Positions 55,553-64,000 of a stretch of 64,000 nt of DNA are shown here, one piece after another. Source of the DNA: Thermofilaceae archaeon (GTDB taxonomy: Archaea > Thermoproteota > Thermoprotei > Thermofilales > Thermofilaceae); assembly GCA_038727095.1 (NCBI GenBank), contig JAVYWK010000001.1, positions 1-64,000 on the forward strand, written 5' to 3'. A program made the position numbers and the translations under genes. Positions within the stretch are counted from its first letter, which is position 1, and the number at the start of each line of letters is the position of its first letter. The notes under the pieces were generated by a model that saw only the letters and a list, made by a program, of their open reading frames with translations, ran no database searches and was not told where the DNA came from.

Positions 55553-57463
55553 CTAAACAGCTCTGATTGATTCAAGGTTTTCAGGAGCGTATATCTCCAC
55601 GTTGGGGAAGATCCTCTCGAGACTTTTAGCGAACGTCTTCATTTTGTTCCTCTCGCCGTGGTTCAGGATTACCTTCCTAGGCGTCGGTGTTACCCTCTTC
55701 AGGTAAGATACAAGCTGCCTCCTGTCGCTATGCCCGGAGAACCCCTCAACCCTGTATATATGCATTTTCAACTCCCTCAGCTCCACTCTCCCCCGGCTGT
55801 CCACGAACGTGAGTTCCCTCAAGCCCTGCAGTATCTTCCTACCCAGCGTACCTTCCACCTGGTAGCTCACAAAGACGAGCGAGCTTCGCTCATCCTCAGC
55901 TAGGAGCTTCAAGTACTCCATCACGGGCCCGCCTGTAAGCATGCCTGAAGTGGCAAGTATGACGCAGGGTCGGGCTTCAATGACCTCCTCCCTTTCCTCA
56001 CCTTTCAAGACGTGCACATTGGGCGCGGTGAACGGATTGACTTTCCGGTATATCATTTCGCTGACTGTAGCGTTCTGGTACTCGGGGAAGACGGTGTGTA
56101 TAGCGTCGACCTCATCTATCATCCCCTCGATGAATATCGGGACGGTCGGCAGCTGGCCGGCCTCCATGGCTAGCCTGAGCGCCAGTAGGACTTCCTGAGC
56201 TCTACCAACTGCGAGTACCGGAATTAGCACCACTCCGTTCCTCCCTATCGTTTCCGCTACAACGTCTACTAGCTGCTTCGCCGCTTCGTCTCTGCTTGGT
56301 AGGATGTCATCCTTCCCGCTGTAGGTGGCTTCCAGTATTAGGACCTCAAGCCTGGGGAACTTAAAGTCGGCCGCGTCGAGCATCAGCGTATGCTCGAACT
56401 TGAAGTCTCCCGTGTAGACTATGTTGATGAGGCCCTCGCCTATGTGGAGGTGGACCATAGCGCCACCCAGGATGTGGCCAGACTTGTAGAGGGTTAGCTT
56501 CACATCGGGGGCGATGTCCGTCACTTCCCCGTAGGCGAGCGGGTAGGTGTGAAGCACCGCTGTCGCAATATCTTTTTCGCTGTAGGGTAGCGGCCTACCC
56601 TCTCTACGGGCCACCCTAAGGTAATCCTCCTGCACGAGCTTCATCAGGTAGAAGGTGGGCTCTGTCGCGTAGACTAGGCCGCGGTACCCGTACTTGAAGA
56701 GGTATGGTAGTGCTCCGCAGTGGTCTAAGTGGGAGTGCGTTATCACAACCGCATCCAGCTTGTCGACGTTGAATTCGGGAATCTCGAAGAACGGGTACTC
56801 ATCCGTGTTCGAAGTGGGCTTTATGCCGGCATCGAGGAGTATCTGACTCTCAGGCGTCTGTACTAGAATTGCACTTCGCCCGACCTCCTGGAAGCCGCCT
56901 AACCCGATGATCCTCACGTAGTTGTTTTCGAATAGTTTCGCGCGGAAGATCCTTTCCCCTGTCTGCTCCAGAAGGTTGGCGCGATCCTCCGCATGAACCC
57001 TAAAGAGCTCCCTAATCTCCGTAATGCTGGGCGAGCTGAGCGCTGGAGCTCGCAGAATGCGCGGGTGCCAGCCTGTCCTTCTGAAGATCTCCCTTCTCGT
57101 CTCTCCGCTCTTACCGATCACGTACCCAGGTTTCTCGGCTTCGATCTCAACCTCGCTCAGCTCCTCGTTGAAGTATATCCTGCGAATCCCGGCTTCCGGA
57201 GGTACGATGCTCCTTATCTCCCTTTCAGCCTCTTGCGCCTTTAGCCTAACAGCCTGGTCAGCTCTAACAACTATCCTTTTCTTTATAGTTTTTACTATCT
57301 CTTTTATCAACTTTTCTTCTTCGCTTATGAATATATCGGGTCTTCTTGTGTAAATCGCTATGCGCGGTCCCTCGAATTTTATATTTGTAACCTCTGCTTC
57401 AAGCGGTATCAATTCTAATATCTTCCTCCTAAGGTCTAATATAGTGCCTCTAAGAGCCTCCAT
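55553..57463 (-). CDS. aCPSF1/FttA beta-CASP ribonuclease, transcription termination factor
   Basis: Two KH domains, EVGRSA, THSHLDH, GHILG, YTGD, GRAQE, GFSGHSD, HGE. Confidence 0.95.
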   Translation of the reverse strand: MEALRGTILDLRRKILELIPLEAEVTNIKFEGPRIAIYTRRPDIFISEEEKLIKEIVKTIKKRIVVRADQAVRLKAQEAEREIRSIVPPEAGIRRIYFNEELSEVEIEAEKPGYVIGKSGETRREIFRRTGWHPRILRAPALSSPSITEIRELFRVHAEDRANLLEQTGERIFRAKLFENNYVRIIGLGGFQEVGRSAILVQTPESQILLDAGIKPTSNTDEYPFFEIPEFNVDKLDAVVITHSHLDHCGALPYLFKYGYRGLVYATEPTFYLMKLVQEDYLRVARREGRPLPYSEKDIATAVLHTYPLAYGEVTDIAPDVKLTLYKSGHILGGAMVHLHIGEGLINIVYTGDFKFEHTLMLDAADFKFPRLEVLILEATYSGKDDILPSRDEAAKQLVDVVAETIGRNGVVLIPVLAVGRAQEVLLALRLAMEAGQLPTVPIFIEGMIDEVDAIHTVFPEYQNATVSEMIYRKVNPFTAPNVHVLKGEEREEVIEARPCVILATSGMLTGGPVMEYLKLLAEDERSSLVFVSYQVEGTLGRKILQGLRELTFVDSRGRVELRELKMHIYRVEGFSGHSDRRQLVSYLKRVTPTPRKVILNHGERNKMKTFAKSLERIFPNVEIYAPENLESIRAV

Positions 57464-57483
57464 AGCTCCTATCTACACCCCCT

Positions 57484-58122
57484 CTACAGGATTTCTTCGC
57501 CTCGAATGACTCGTACACCGTCCTTCACTGTTACCACCGCTAAGTCCACTCCTTCACCGCTCCCAGGATCCCTTAAAGTCGCGGCTTTAACAGCTTGTAT
57601 AGCGAGCTTTATCGCCTCTTCAGGGTTCATGTCCTCTCTGTACTGGCTCTCTATGAGGCTGATCGCGTAGGGGGTGCCCGAGCCCGTCGCAGTGAACCTT
57701 TCCCGCGTGACAGTGCCGAGCCAGTCGAGGCTGTATAGGGCACCACCCTCATGGTCGACCCCTCCGATCAGCATCTGAACCACTATCATCGGTCTGCTCC
57801 TGAAGAGTATCGTTGAAGCCAGGGTAGCAATCGCCTGAACGCTAATCGGTTCTCCCACATTGCTCCGGTAGAGCAGCGCTTCTGCCCTTAACCTTTCAAC
57901 AAGCCACTGAGCGTCGCCTACGTAGCCGGCTATAGTAGCAGCGACGTGCTCATCGATCTTGTGTATCTTTTCAGCCCTTTTGTGCGCGATGAAGGAGCCG
58001 CTGATCGCCCTCCTATCCGCCGCTAAAACTATGAAGTCCTTGAAGGCCATGCCTACGGTTGTTGTACCCTTGAGCGGTTCCACGCTCAAGTAGGGTTTAC
58101 CACTTGAAAAGGCAGGTTGCAT
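57484..58122 (-). CDS. psmB: Proteasome beta subunit
   Basis: Propeptide then G|TTTVG, AADRR, ATGSG, RDPGSG. Confidence 0.95.
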   Translation of the reverse strand: MQPAFSSGKPYLSVEPLKGTTTVGMAFKDFIVLAADRRAISGSFIAHKRAEKIHKIDEHVAATIAGYVGDAQWLVERLRAEALLYRSNVGEPISVQAIATLASTILFRSRPMIVVQMLIGGVDHEGGALYSLDWLGTVTRERFTATGSGTPYAISLIESQYREDMNPEEAIKLAIQAVKAATLRDPGSGEGVDLAVVTVKDGVRVIRGEEIL

Positions 58123-58160
58123 GGTCTTCCAGCGTACCAGCGCGTCACAGCTTAAAAAAC

Positions 58161-58613
58161 ATGTCGCCACCAGACCTCGTGCCTAAGCTGGCGATGGTTC
58201 CAGAGCCCCAAGCGTCCCGCGGCTTCATTTTCAGAGCGGTAATCGATCCTCGGTGCTCCAGGTGTGGCTACTACTCGGTTTGCTCGAAGAATTTGAGGCA
58301 AGGATGGCGTTACAAAGTGCTTTCGGTTAGGAGAGTTGCACACGTTTGCCCCATACTGGGCGAAAAAATGTACGTTGTTGAGATAGAGGAAGCTCCTCTT
58401 CGAGTGGTTGTCGATAGTAAGGTGGCGGTAGCAGGGTTGAAGCTTCGATACAAGCGGGTTGCTTGCGACGAGAGAAAGTGCACTATCCGGAGTTACTGCG
58501 CCCAAGCGCCGCTTCTCGACGGAGAGAACGTAAGGGTGGCTGGGGTGCTTAACCGCGTTGAGTGCCTGCGCGGGTTTCATCTGGCCCTTGTCGAGCTCGT
58601 CCCTGCGGAGTAA
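58161..58613 (+). CDS. UPF0179 family protein
   Basis: C..C....VC..NL..G..YKV..VR...H.CP pattern. Confidence 0.8.
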   Translation: MSPPDLVPKLAMVPEPQASRGFIFRAVIDPRCSRCGYYSVCSKNLRQGWRYKVLSVRRVAHVCPILGEKMYVVEIEEAPLRVVVDSKVAVAGLKLRYKRVACDERKCTIRSYCAQAPLLDGENVRVAGVLNRVECLRGFHLALVELVPAE

Positions 58614-58663
58614 AAGCTCTTATACGTCAACAGGCTTGGGCTTCTGTGTCAACAGGGGAGAGA

Positions 58664-58804
58664 ATGTACAAGTGCGCTAAGTGCGGCAAGGAGTTCTCCA
58701 AGTCCGATATGGAGATACTGCCGGGTGTCAAGTGTCCCTTCTGCGGCTGGCGGATAGTGATAAAGCTTCGGGCACCTGCGATTAGGAAGATTAGAGCTGT
58801 TTAA
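58664..58804 (+). CDS. rpoP: RNA polymerase subunit Rpo12 (P)
   Basis: YKCAKCG...VKCPFCGWRIVIKLR...IRAV. Confidence 0.92.
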   Translation: MYKCAKCGKEFSKSDMEILPGVKCPFCGWRIVIKLRAPAIRKIRAV

Positions 58805-59673
58805 CTCTGGGTCAAGAGGATTAGGCATCTCATTAGGAGCTTCGCTGCAATACGGCTGGTCAGGTCGTTTACATCCACGAGAGGGTTGACTTCGACCACA
58901 TCGAGGCCCGCCACTCCCCCTTCGAATACCGGCGAGAGGATGTCCAGTATCTGGTAGTAGTTTAAACCGCCCGGTTCCGGACACCCGACGCCTGGAGCTA
59001 CTGATGGGTCAAGGACGTCGATATCGATGCTCACGTAGAATGGCCTGCTCAACGTGCTCAACGCGGCTTCGATCTCGCTTCTCCCAGCCCACGGGTGTAG
59101 AACAGTGACTCTGTCGTCCAGGGATAGCGCTTCGACCTCCTCCTTCGAGAAAGCGCGTGCACCTATGACTACCGCCTCCTTCACCAGCACCTCTCTAGCC
59201 CGCCTCAGCACGGTTGCATGACTGAGCCTATCTCCACGTGGATACTCGTTACGGTAATCTAAGTGCGCATCGAACACCACCATCGAAATGGGATGCTTCA
59301 TGCCGCTGAGCACCCCCAGCGTTACGGTGTGGTCGCCGCCGAGGCACGCAACCAACTTTCCCCTCTCGAGCAGCCCTTCAACAACCTTCGATACATCCTT
59401 GATCATTACTTCGGGGTTCAGGGATGTCACAACGTCCCCCACATCGGCTACCGGAAGCTCCTCGACGTTAACCCTCAATTGAGGATCAAAGGCTTCAAGC
59501 GCGTGAGACACTTCCCTCACTCGCGCTGGAGCGTAGCGGCAGCCAGGTGCGCAGGTTGAGCTGCTGTCGTAGGGGACGCCCAGTATAACCACCTTGGCGC
59601 TCGCTGGGTCGCTCGAGAAGCCGAGGAAGGTCGGCCTTCTCGGCTCAACCAGGAAACTATGGTAATCTTCCAT
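58801..59673 (-). CDS. speB: Agmatinase
   Basis: GVPYD, GGDHTVT, FDAHLD, SHAT, SIDIDVLDP..APGVG.PEPGG. Confidence 0.9.
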   Translation of the reverse strand: MEDYHSFLVEPRRPTFLGFSSDPASAKVVILGVPYDSSSTCAPGCRYAPARVREVSHALEAFDPQLRVNVEELPVADVGDVVTSLNPEVMIKDVSKVVEGLLERGKLVACLGGDHTVTLGVLSGMKHPISMVVFDAHLDYRNEYPRGDRLSHATVLRRAREVLVKEAVVIGARAFSKEEVEALSLDDRVTVLHPWAGRSEIEAALSTLSRPFYVSIDIDVLDPSVAPGVGCPEPGGLNYYQILDILSPVFEGGVAGLDVVEVNPLVDVNDLTSRIAAKLLMRCLILLTQS

Positions 59674-61000
59674 CGGCTCTCATCCTTTTGACAAAAGAGA
59701 GGATGATCTCTGCGAGCCTCCCAGGCTCGTTTATCTCGAATCGGACCCTAGCAACCGGCTTGTTGAGCTTCATATACCTAGAAAGATCGCTGGGGGTTCC
59801 AAGAACCACAGCGTCCGCCGGTACGCTGTTAATCGCTGTTTCTAGCTCCTTCATCTGCGAGGGCCCATACCCCATAGCAGGGAGCACGGGGCCTATGTGC
59901 GCGTACTCCTCGTACACTTTCCTCAGGCTTCCCACGACGTAGGGCCGCGGATCCACAGGGATTCCTCCGAACTTCACCGCTGCCACGTATCCGGCACCAT
60001 AGGGCATGTGCCCGTGCGTAACCGAAGGCCCATCCTCTACTACTAGAACCCTTCTGCTCTTCACGAGCTCAGGGTTGCTGATGTAGACCTCTGATGAAGC
60101 CTGAACGATCTCAGCAGAGGGATTGAGCTTCGTGATCCTTCTGATAGTCGCCTCAACTGCTTCTCGGTCAACCACGTTAACCTTGTTCACAACGATCACG
60201 TCCGCTAGAAGTATATTCACTAGACCGGGAAAGGAGAGTTCGTGGCCTTGCCGCGTGGGATCCGCAACCGTCACGTAGAGGTCCGGCTTGATAAAGGGCC
60301 AGTCGTTGTTCCCACCATCCCAAACTATGACGTCGTAAGGCCCCTCCTCAATCTCCCGCAGGATCCCTGCGTAATCAACCCCTGCGTAAACCGTCGTCCC
60401 CTCGACGACGTGCTGCTCGTACTCCTCCCTCTCCTCGATGGTAAACGTGTGGGCGTCCAGATCCTCTAACCGGCTGAACTTCTGGACCTTCATCGCTTCT
60501 AAGTCGCCGTACGCCATTGGGTGCCTTACTACAGCGGGTCTGAGGTTCGCCCGCTTTAGCACCCTCACGATGTAGCGGGAGGTAGTGCTCTTCCCGGCTC
60601 CCGTCCGCGTAGCTGTGACCGCGATGACCGGTTTCGAGGCCTTCAGCATCGTTTCTCTAGGTCCCAGCACTCTGAAGCTGGCGCCGGCTGCTAACACTCT
60701 GCTTAGCTTCACGAGGACATCTTCGCATGTGAGATCGCTGTATGCTAAGACAACCTCATCTACTCGCAACTCTTGAATTAGCCTTGGAAGATCATCCTCG
60801 CTGTAGATTGGTACCCCCTTCGGGTACAGTGAACCCGCCAGTTCCGGGGGGTAAACCCGCCCTTCGATATTTGGGATCTGAGCGGCCGTAAAAGCCACAA
60901 CCTCGTAATCGGGGTTCCCTCGGAAGAAGATGTTAAAGTTGTGAAAATCGCGACCCCCCGCCCCCATGATGATAACTCTCCTCCGTCGACCCCCCGGCAT
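59657..61000 (-). CDS. COG2403/CpgS-like P-loop protein, probable arginine synthetase (ArcE-like)
   Basis: GAGGRDFHNFN, RTGAGKS, RHPM.YG, TIEEREEYE, WDGGNND, VEDGP..THG, LPAMGY. Confidence 0.75.
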   Translation of the reverse strand: MPGGRRRRVIIMGAGGRDFHNFNIFFRGNPDYEVVAFTAAQIPNIEGRVYPPELAGSLYPKGVPIYSEDDLPRLIQELRVDEVVLAYSDLTCEDVLVKLSRVLAAGASFRVLGPRETMLKASKPVIAVTATRTGAGKSTTSRYIVRVLKRANLRPAVVRHPMAYGDLEAMKVQKFSRLEDLDAHTFTIEEREEYEQHVVEGTTVYAGVDYAGILREIEEGPYDVIVWDGGNNDWPFIKPDLYVTVADPTRQGHELSFPGLVNILLADVIVVNKVNVVDREAVEATIRRITKLNPSAEIVQASSEVYISNPELVKSRRVLVVEDGPSVTHGHMPYGAGYVAAVKFGGIPVDPRPYVVGSLRKVYEEYAHIGPVLPAMGYGPSQMKELETAINSVPADAVVLGTPSDLSRYMKLNKPVARVRFEINEPGRLAEIILSFVKRMRADGRLP

Positions 61001-61148
61001 CTTGACCCTCTTACGCCAATCACTATAAATTTCGCCATCAAATGAGGTTCCACACATTCTAGCAGTAGAGCGAAGCAATGGTTAACCTGCCACTGAGGAT
61101 TTGAACGGAAGTTTTTAGCGCAGGCAGTTCTCCAATTGAAGACTCGCA

Positions 61149-61547
61149 ATGCCCGAGAAAAAGGTGGTTGTGATTGATTCGAGCGCGATAATCGCATGCT
61201 TAGAGGATAGGAGGGATCTCTTCGAAGCACTGAGAGACACTTTCGAAGGGGGTGTGGAAGTCGCCGTGCCCAACGCCGTGCTGGAGGAACTAAAGAAGCT
61301 AGCCACGCAGAGTGGGCGCAGGAAGCTAGCGGCTAAATCAGCGCTACAGCTCCTACAAAGAGGCTCGGATGACATAGTTGTCCGCGTGATTGATGTGGAC
61401 GCAAAGAGCACTGATGAAGCCCTCCTGAAACTGTCCATGGAACTGAACGCGTGCCTTATCACTCTTGACAGAGAGCTGCGTAAAACAGCTGAAGCCAAAG
61501 GCATAACGGCTCTCACCTACCTCCGCTCCAAAAAGAGGTTTGGGTGA
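61149..61547 (+). CDS. PIN domain protein (Fcf1/Utp24-like)
   Basis: VVIDSS, VLEEL, TDEALL, ITLDRELR. Confidence 0.85.
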   Translation: MPEKKVVVIDSSAIIACLEDRRDLFEALRDTFEGGVEVAVPNAVLEELKKLATQSGRRKLAAKSALQLLQRGSDDIVVRVIDVDAKSTDEALLKLSMELNACLITLDRELRKTAEAKGITALTYLRSKKRFG

Positions 61548-61640
61548 ACAAATGTGCAAAGTCGCGTGCTCGATTTGATAATCCACCAACCGAGCCGCAA
61601 CAGAAGGTAGAAATACTCCGACTCAGCTTTGCACGGCGAT

Positions 61641-62528
61641 ATGAACGCCCAATTCCGTGAAAAATCGCGGAATACTTCGCTCGAGGGCGATAGAAACAGG
61701 AGTGCAGGTTGGCGTAAATTCCACGAAAGGATAACCTCCATTGATTACGCATCCGTGGAGAGAAGAATTGCCAGCTACTTGCGGGAGTACCTTGAAGGGA
61801 CAGGAGCTGGCTGTTACGTCCTAGGGCTCAGCGGCGGCATAGACTCGTCGGTTGCGGCCACCCTCGCGGCACGAGCTGTAGAGCCGGAGCGGGTTGTCGC
61901 GCTGATAATGCCCGATTCAACCTCCACGCCCGGTGAGGATCTGGAGGACGCCAGGTGGCTGGTCCGCCACTTGAGCATCAGGTTCCACGAGGCTCCAATC
62001 GACACTCTCGTAGCGGCTGCGTCTACGAGCGTGCCTCTCTTCGACCGGACCGATTTGAAGGCGCTGGGTAATCTGAAGGCTAGGATCCGCATGCTGATGC
62101 TGTACTACGTTGCTAACAGGCTGGGGGGGATCGTGCTCGGCAGCGGCGACCGCAGCGAGCTCCTGCTCGGCTACTTCACTAAGTACGGCGATGGGGCTGC
62201 CGACCTTCTACCCATCGGAGACCTCTACAAGAGTCAAGTTCGAGGGCTCGCTAAGCACTTGGGGCTGCCCGACCGGATCGCCCTGAAGCCGAGTAGCCCG
62301 AGGCTGTGGCCCGGGCAAATGGCGGAAAGCGAGTTGGGGTTCACTTACGACGTGGCGGACGTGGTGTTGTACGCCGTTTTCGACCTCGGCTACGCTCCTG
62401 AGCGCGTTGTTGAGGAGACGGGAATCCCCTTTGAGAAGGTGAGGAGCATCCTGTCCAGGGTGGAGAGCTCAGCCCATAAGCGCCGTTTACCGCCCGTTGT
62501 TGAGCTGAAGGGGGTGGCGCACCCGTAG
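61641..62528 (+). CDS. nadE: NH3-dependent NAD+ synthetase
   Basis: GLSGGIDSS, NLKARIRM, GYFTKYGDG, DLYKSQV, HKR; start uncertain. Confidence 0.93.
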   Translation: MNAQFREKSRNTSLEGDRNRSAGWRKFHERITSIDYASVERRIASYLREYLEGTGAGCYVLGLSGGIDSSVAATLAARAVEPERVVALIMPDSTSTPGEDLEDARWLVRHLSIRFHEAPIDTLVAAASTSVPLFDRTDLKALGNLKARIRMLMLYYVANRLGGIVLGSGDRSELLLGYFTKYGDGAADLLPIGDLYKSQVRGLAKHLGLPDRIALKPSSPRLWPGQMAESELGFTYDVADVVLYAVFDLGYAPERVVEETGIPFEKVRSILSRVESSAHKRRLPPVVELKGVAHP

Positions 62529-62529
62529 C

Positions 62530-63813
62530 CTACGCCCGAAGCCAGTAACCCCTCACATCAAGGTCCATCTGCCCGTTGACCTCGCTCTTCGCTAACCGCT
62601 CTCCCGACAACACATCCAACAGCGCTGGGTAGATCGTTTCGACGGCGAGCTCGCGGAGGCTCCTTCCACTGAAGACCTCCTCTACCGGGATGTAGACGTC
62701 TATGATGCTGGCCAGCTTAGCGTAGGTCTCCCTGTTTGCGGTCACCTTCAGGACAGGGCTCACAACGGACCCCGCCGGCGTTCCTAAACCCGTGGTGAAA
62801 ATGACCGCGTGAGCCCCACCTGCCACCATCCCCGTTATCGCTGGGATGTCCTCACCCGGCGAGTCCATCAGGAAGAGGCCGCCCCTCCCCCGCGGGACTT
62901 GACGAGCGTACGGGAGGACATCGAGGATCTTCACGTTTGCGTCGCTGCCGATCTTCAGCACGCTACCGAGAGACTTCTCAGCGAGAGTTGAGATGCCGCT
63001 CGCGATGTTGCCGGGGGTCGGGTCCGTCTCCAACGTGTACTCCGATAGCGCCTCCTTCACAGCGTAGGCTGCCTCGAGCAGCCTCTTCAGCTTCCTGGCT
63101 ACAGTCTCGTCAGCTACCCTGCTCAATAGTAGGCCCTCGCTACCCAGAACCTCAGTTGTTTGACAGAAAACCACGCTGACCCCCTCTCTAACCAGCTTCT
63201 CAACGACGTACCCAACAGCCGGGTTGGCGAAAAGACCCGAAGTTGGGTCAGATGCTCCGTTACCAACCCCTATCACTACGCGCTTGAGCGGGGCGTCTGT
63301 CCTCTTCAACGAGCTGGCGCTCTCCAGCATCCCCCTCACGAACTTCCTGCCGAGTTCTACGACTCTTTCGAAACCGTCCACTGACTCGGGCCACGGCTCC
63401 TGTAGGTTCACCCAGCGTACTTCAACCCCCCTCTTCACAAGCCTCTCGTAGAGCTTGAACGAGAGGAGGTTCTCCAGCCTACTTTCACCGGAGCCGAGGG
63501 GTCTTTTACAAAGCTGCCCGCAGCCCAGGCTGACGAGCAGTACCCCGTAAACGTTTGGGTGCGAAGCTATGCCGAGCAGGGTTTCGAATGCTACGTCCAG
63601 ATCGAAGCCGACGTGGCAGCAGCCCGCGTTGTGGCGCGCCAGGACAACCCTGTTCTCCCCGTGCTCCCCCCACCTCTCACCCTTGAACTCCTCGTACACG
63701 AGCTCCGCCAACCTGTTCACGCAGGGCGTCGTCGGTAGGATTAGGACGTGGTTCCTAACTCCAAACACCTTCCTAGACTCCCTGTAGTAGGCCTGCACCG
63801 CTTCGGCCATCAC
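62530..63813 (-). CDS. UxaA/GarD family dehydratase, large (C-terminal) subunit
   Basis: GVRNHV, HPNVYG..VSLGC, SD.TSG..ANPAVG, PTPGNIASG.STL.EKSLG, FTTGLGTP. Confidence 0.88.
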   Translation of the reverse strand: MMAEAVQAYYRESRKVFGVRNHVLILPTTPCVNRLAELVYEEFKGERWGEHGENRVVLARHNAGCCHVGFDLDVAFETLLGIASHPNVYGVLLVSLGCGQLCKRPLGSGESRLENLLSFKLYERLVKRGVEVRWVNLQEPWPESVDGFERVVELGRKFVRGMLESASSLKRTDAPLKRVVIGVGNGASDPTSGLFANPAVGYVVEKLVREGVSVVFCQTTEVLGSEGLLLSRVADETVARKLKRLLEAAYAVKEALSEYTLETDPTPGNIASGISTLAEKSLGSVLKIGSDANVKILDVLPYARQVPRGRGGLFLMDSPGEDIPAITGMVAGGAHAVIFTTGLGTPAGSVVSPVLKVTANRETYAKLASIIDVYIPVEEVFSGRSLRELAVETIYPALLDVLSGERLAKSEVNGQMDLDVRGYWLRA

Positions 63814-64000
63814 ACCTGCACCCTGGCGAACTCGATGAAGCTCGAGCGGAGAAACCTGTAGAAGTCCTTCACGAGCCTAACGTATCGCTCGTTGAGCCGG
63901 ACGCCCGGTGGCGGCTCAACGATGTTACCCAGCCTTAGGGTGCCCCCCTCTCGAACGGGCGCCACAGCGACCCCCACCTTCGTGCGCGGGGGGAGCTGCC
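63810..64000 (-). CDS. 3' end of upstream gene, probably the UxaA SAF-domain small subunit (cut by window edge)
   Basis: ...KVGVAVAPVREGGTLRLGNIV...ARVQV* with TGA overlapping the start of the uxaA-like gene. Confidence 0.45.
   Translation of the reverse strand, partial: QLPPRTKVGVAVAPVREGGTLRLGNIVEPPPGVRLNERYVRLVKDFYRFLRSSFIEFARVQV

Noticed and set aside
1-64000. CRISPR array, cas genes, transposases, inteins
   Set aside because: No regularly spaced repeats or recognisable motifs; RFC, IF2 and RadA have normal lengths

Overview
Archaeal chromosomal segment. Gene content (aIF2-gamma, aIF5B, S6e, RFC-S/L, Orc1/Cdc6, Rpo12, aCPSF1, proteasome beta), GC-rich codon usage and a multi-intron tRNA point to Thermoproteota, most likely Thermofilaceae (inference). 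The left part (1-33 kb) is mostly metabolic and accessory: an ECF transporter whose S component has an in-frame TAG, XerA, SufS, GH99, a DNA ligase, an ABC exporter with DUF1854, and two paralogous surface proteins with a conserved N-half and divergent C-half. The right part (33-64 kb) is a dense replication/translation core. Outside the ORF track I find a tRNA-Pro(CGG) with two BHB introns, four well-formed C/D box sRNAs plus one weaker candidate, and an unassigned promoter-linked structured region of about 220 nt at 19.0-19.25 kb inside a small set of direct and inverted repeats. No CRISPR array, rRNA or intact transposase is seen. All product calls come from motif recognition only; no database search was run.
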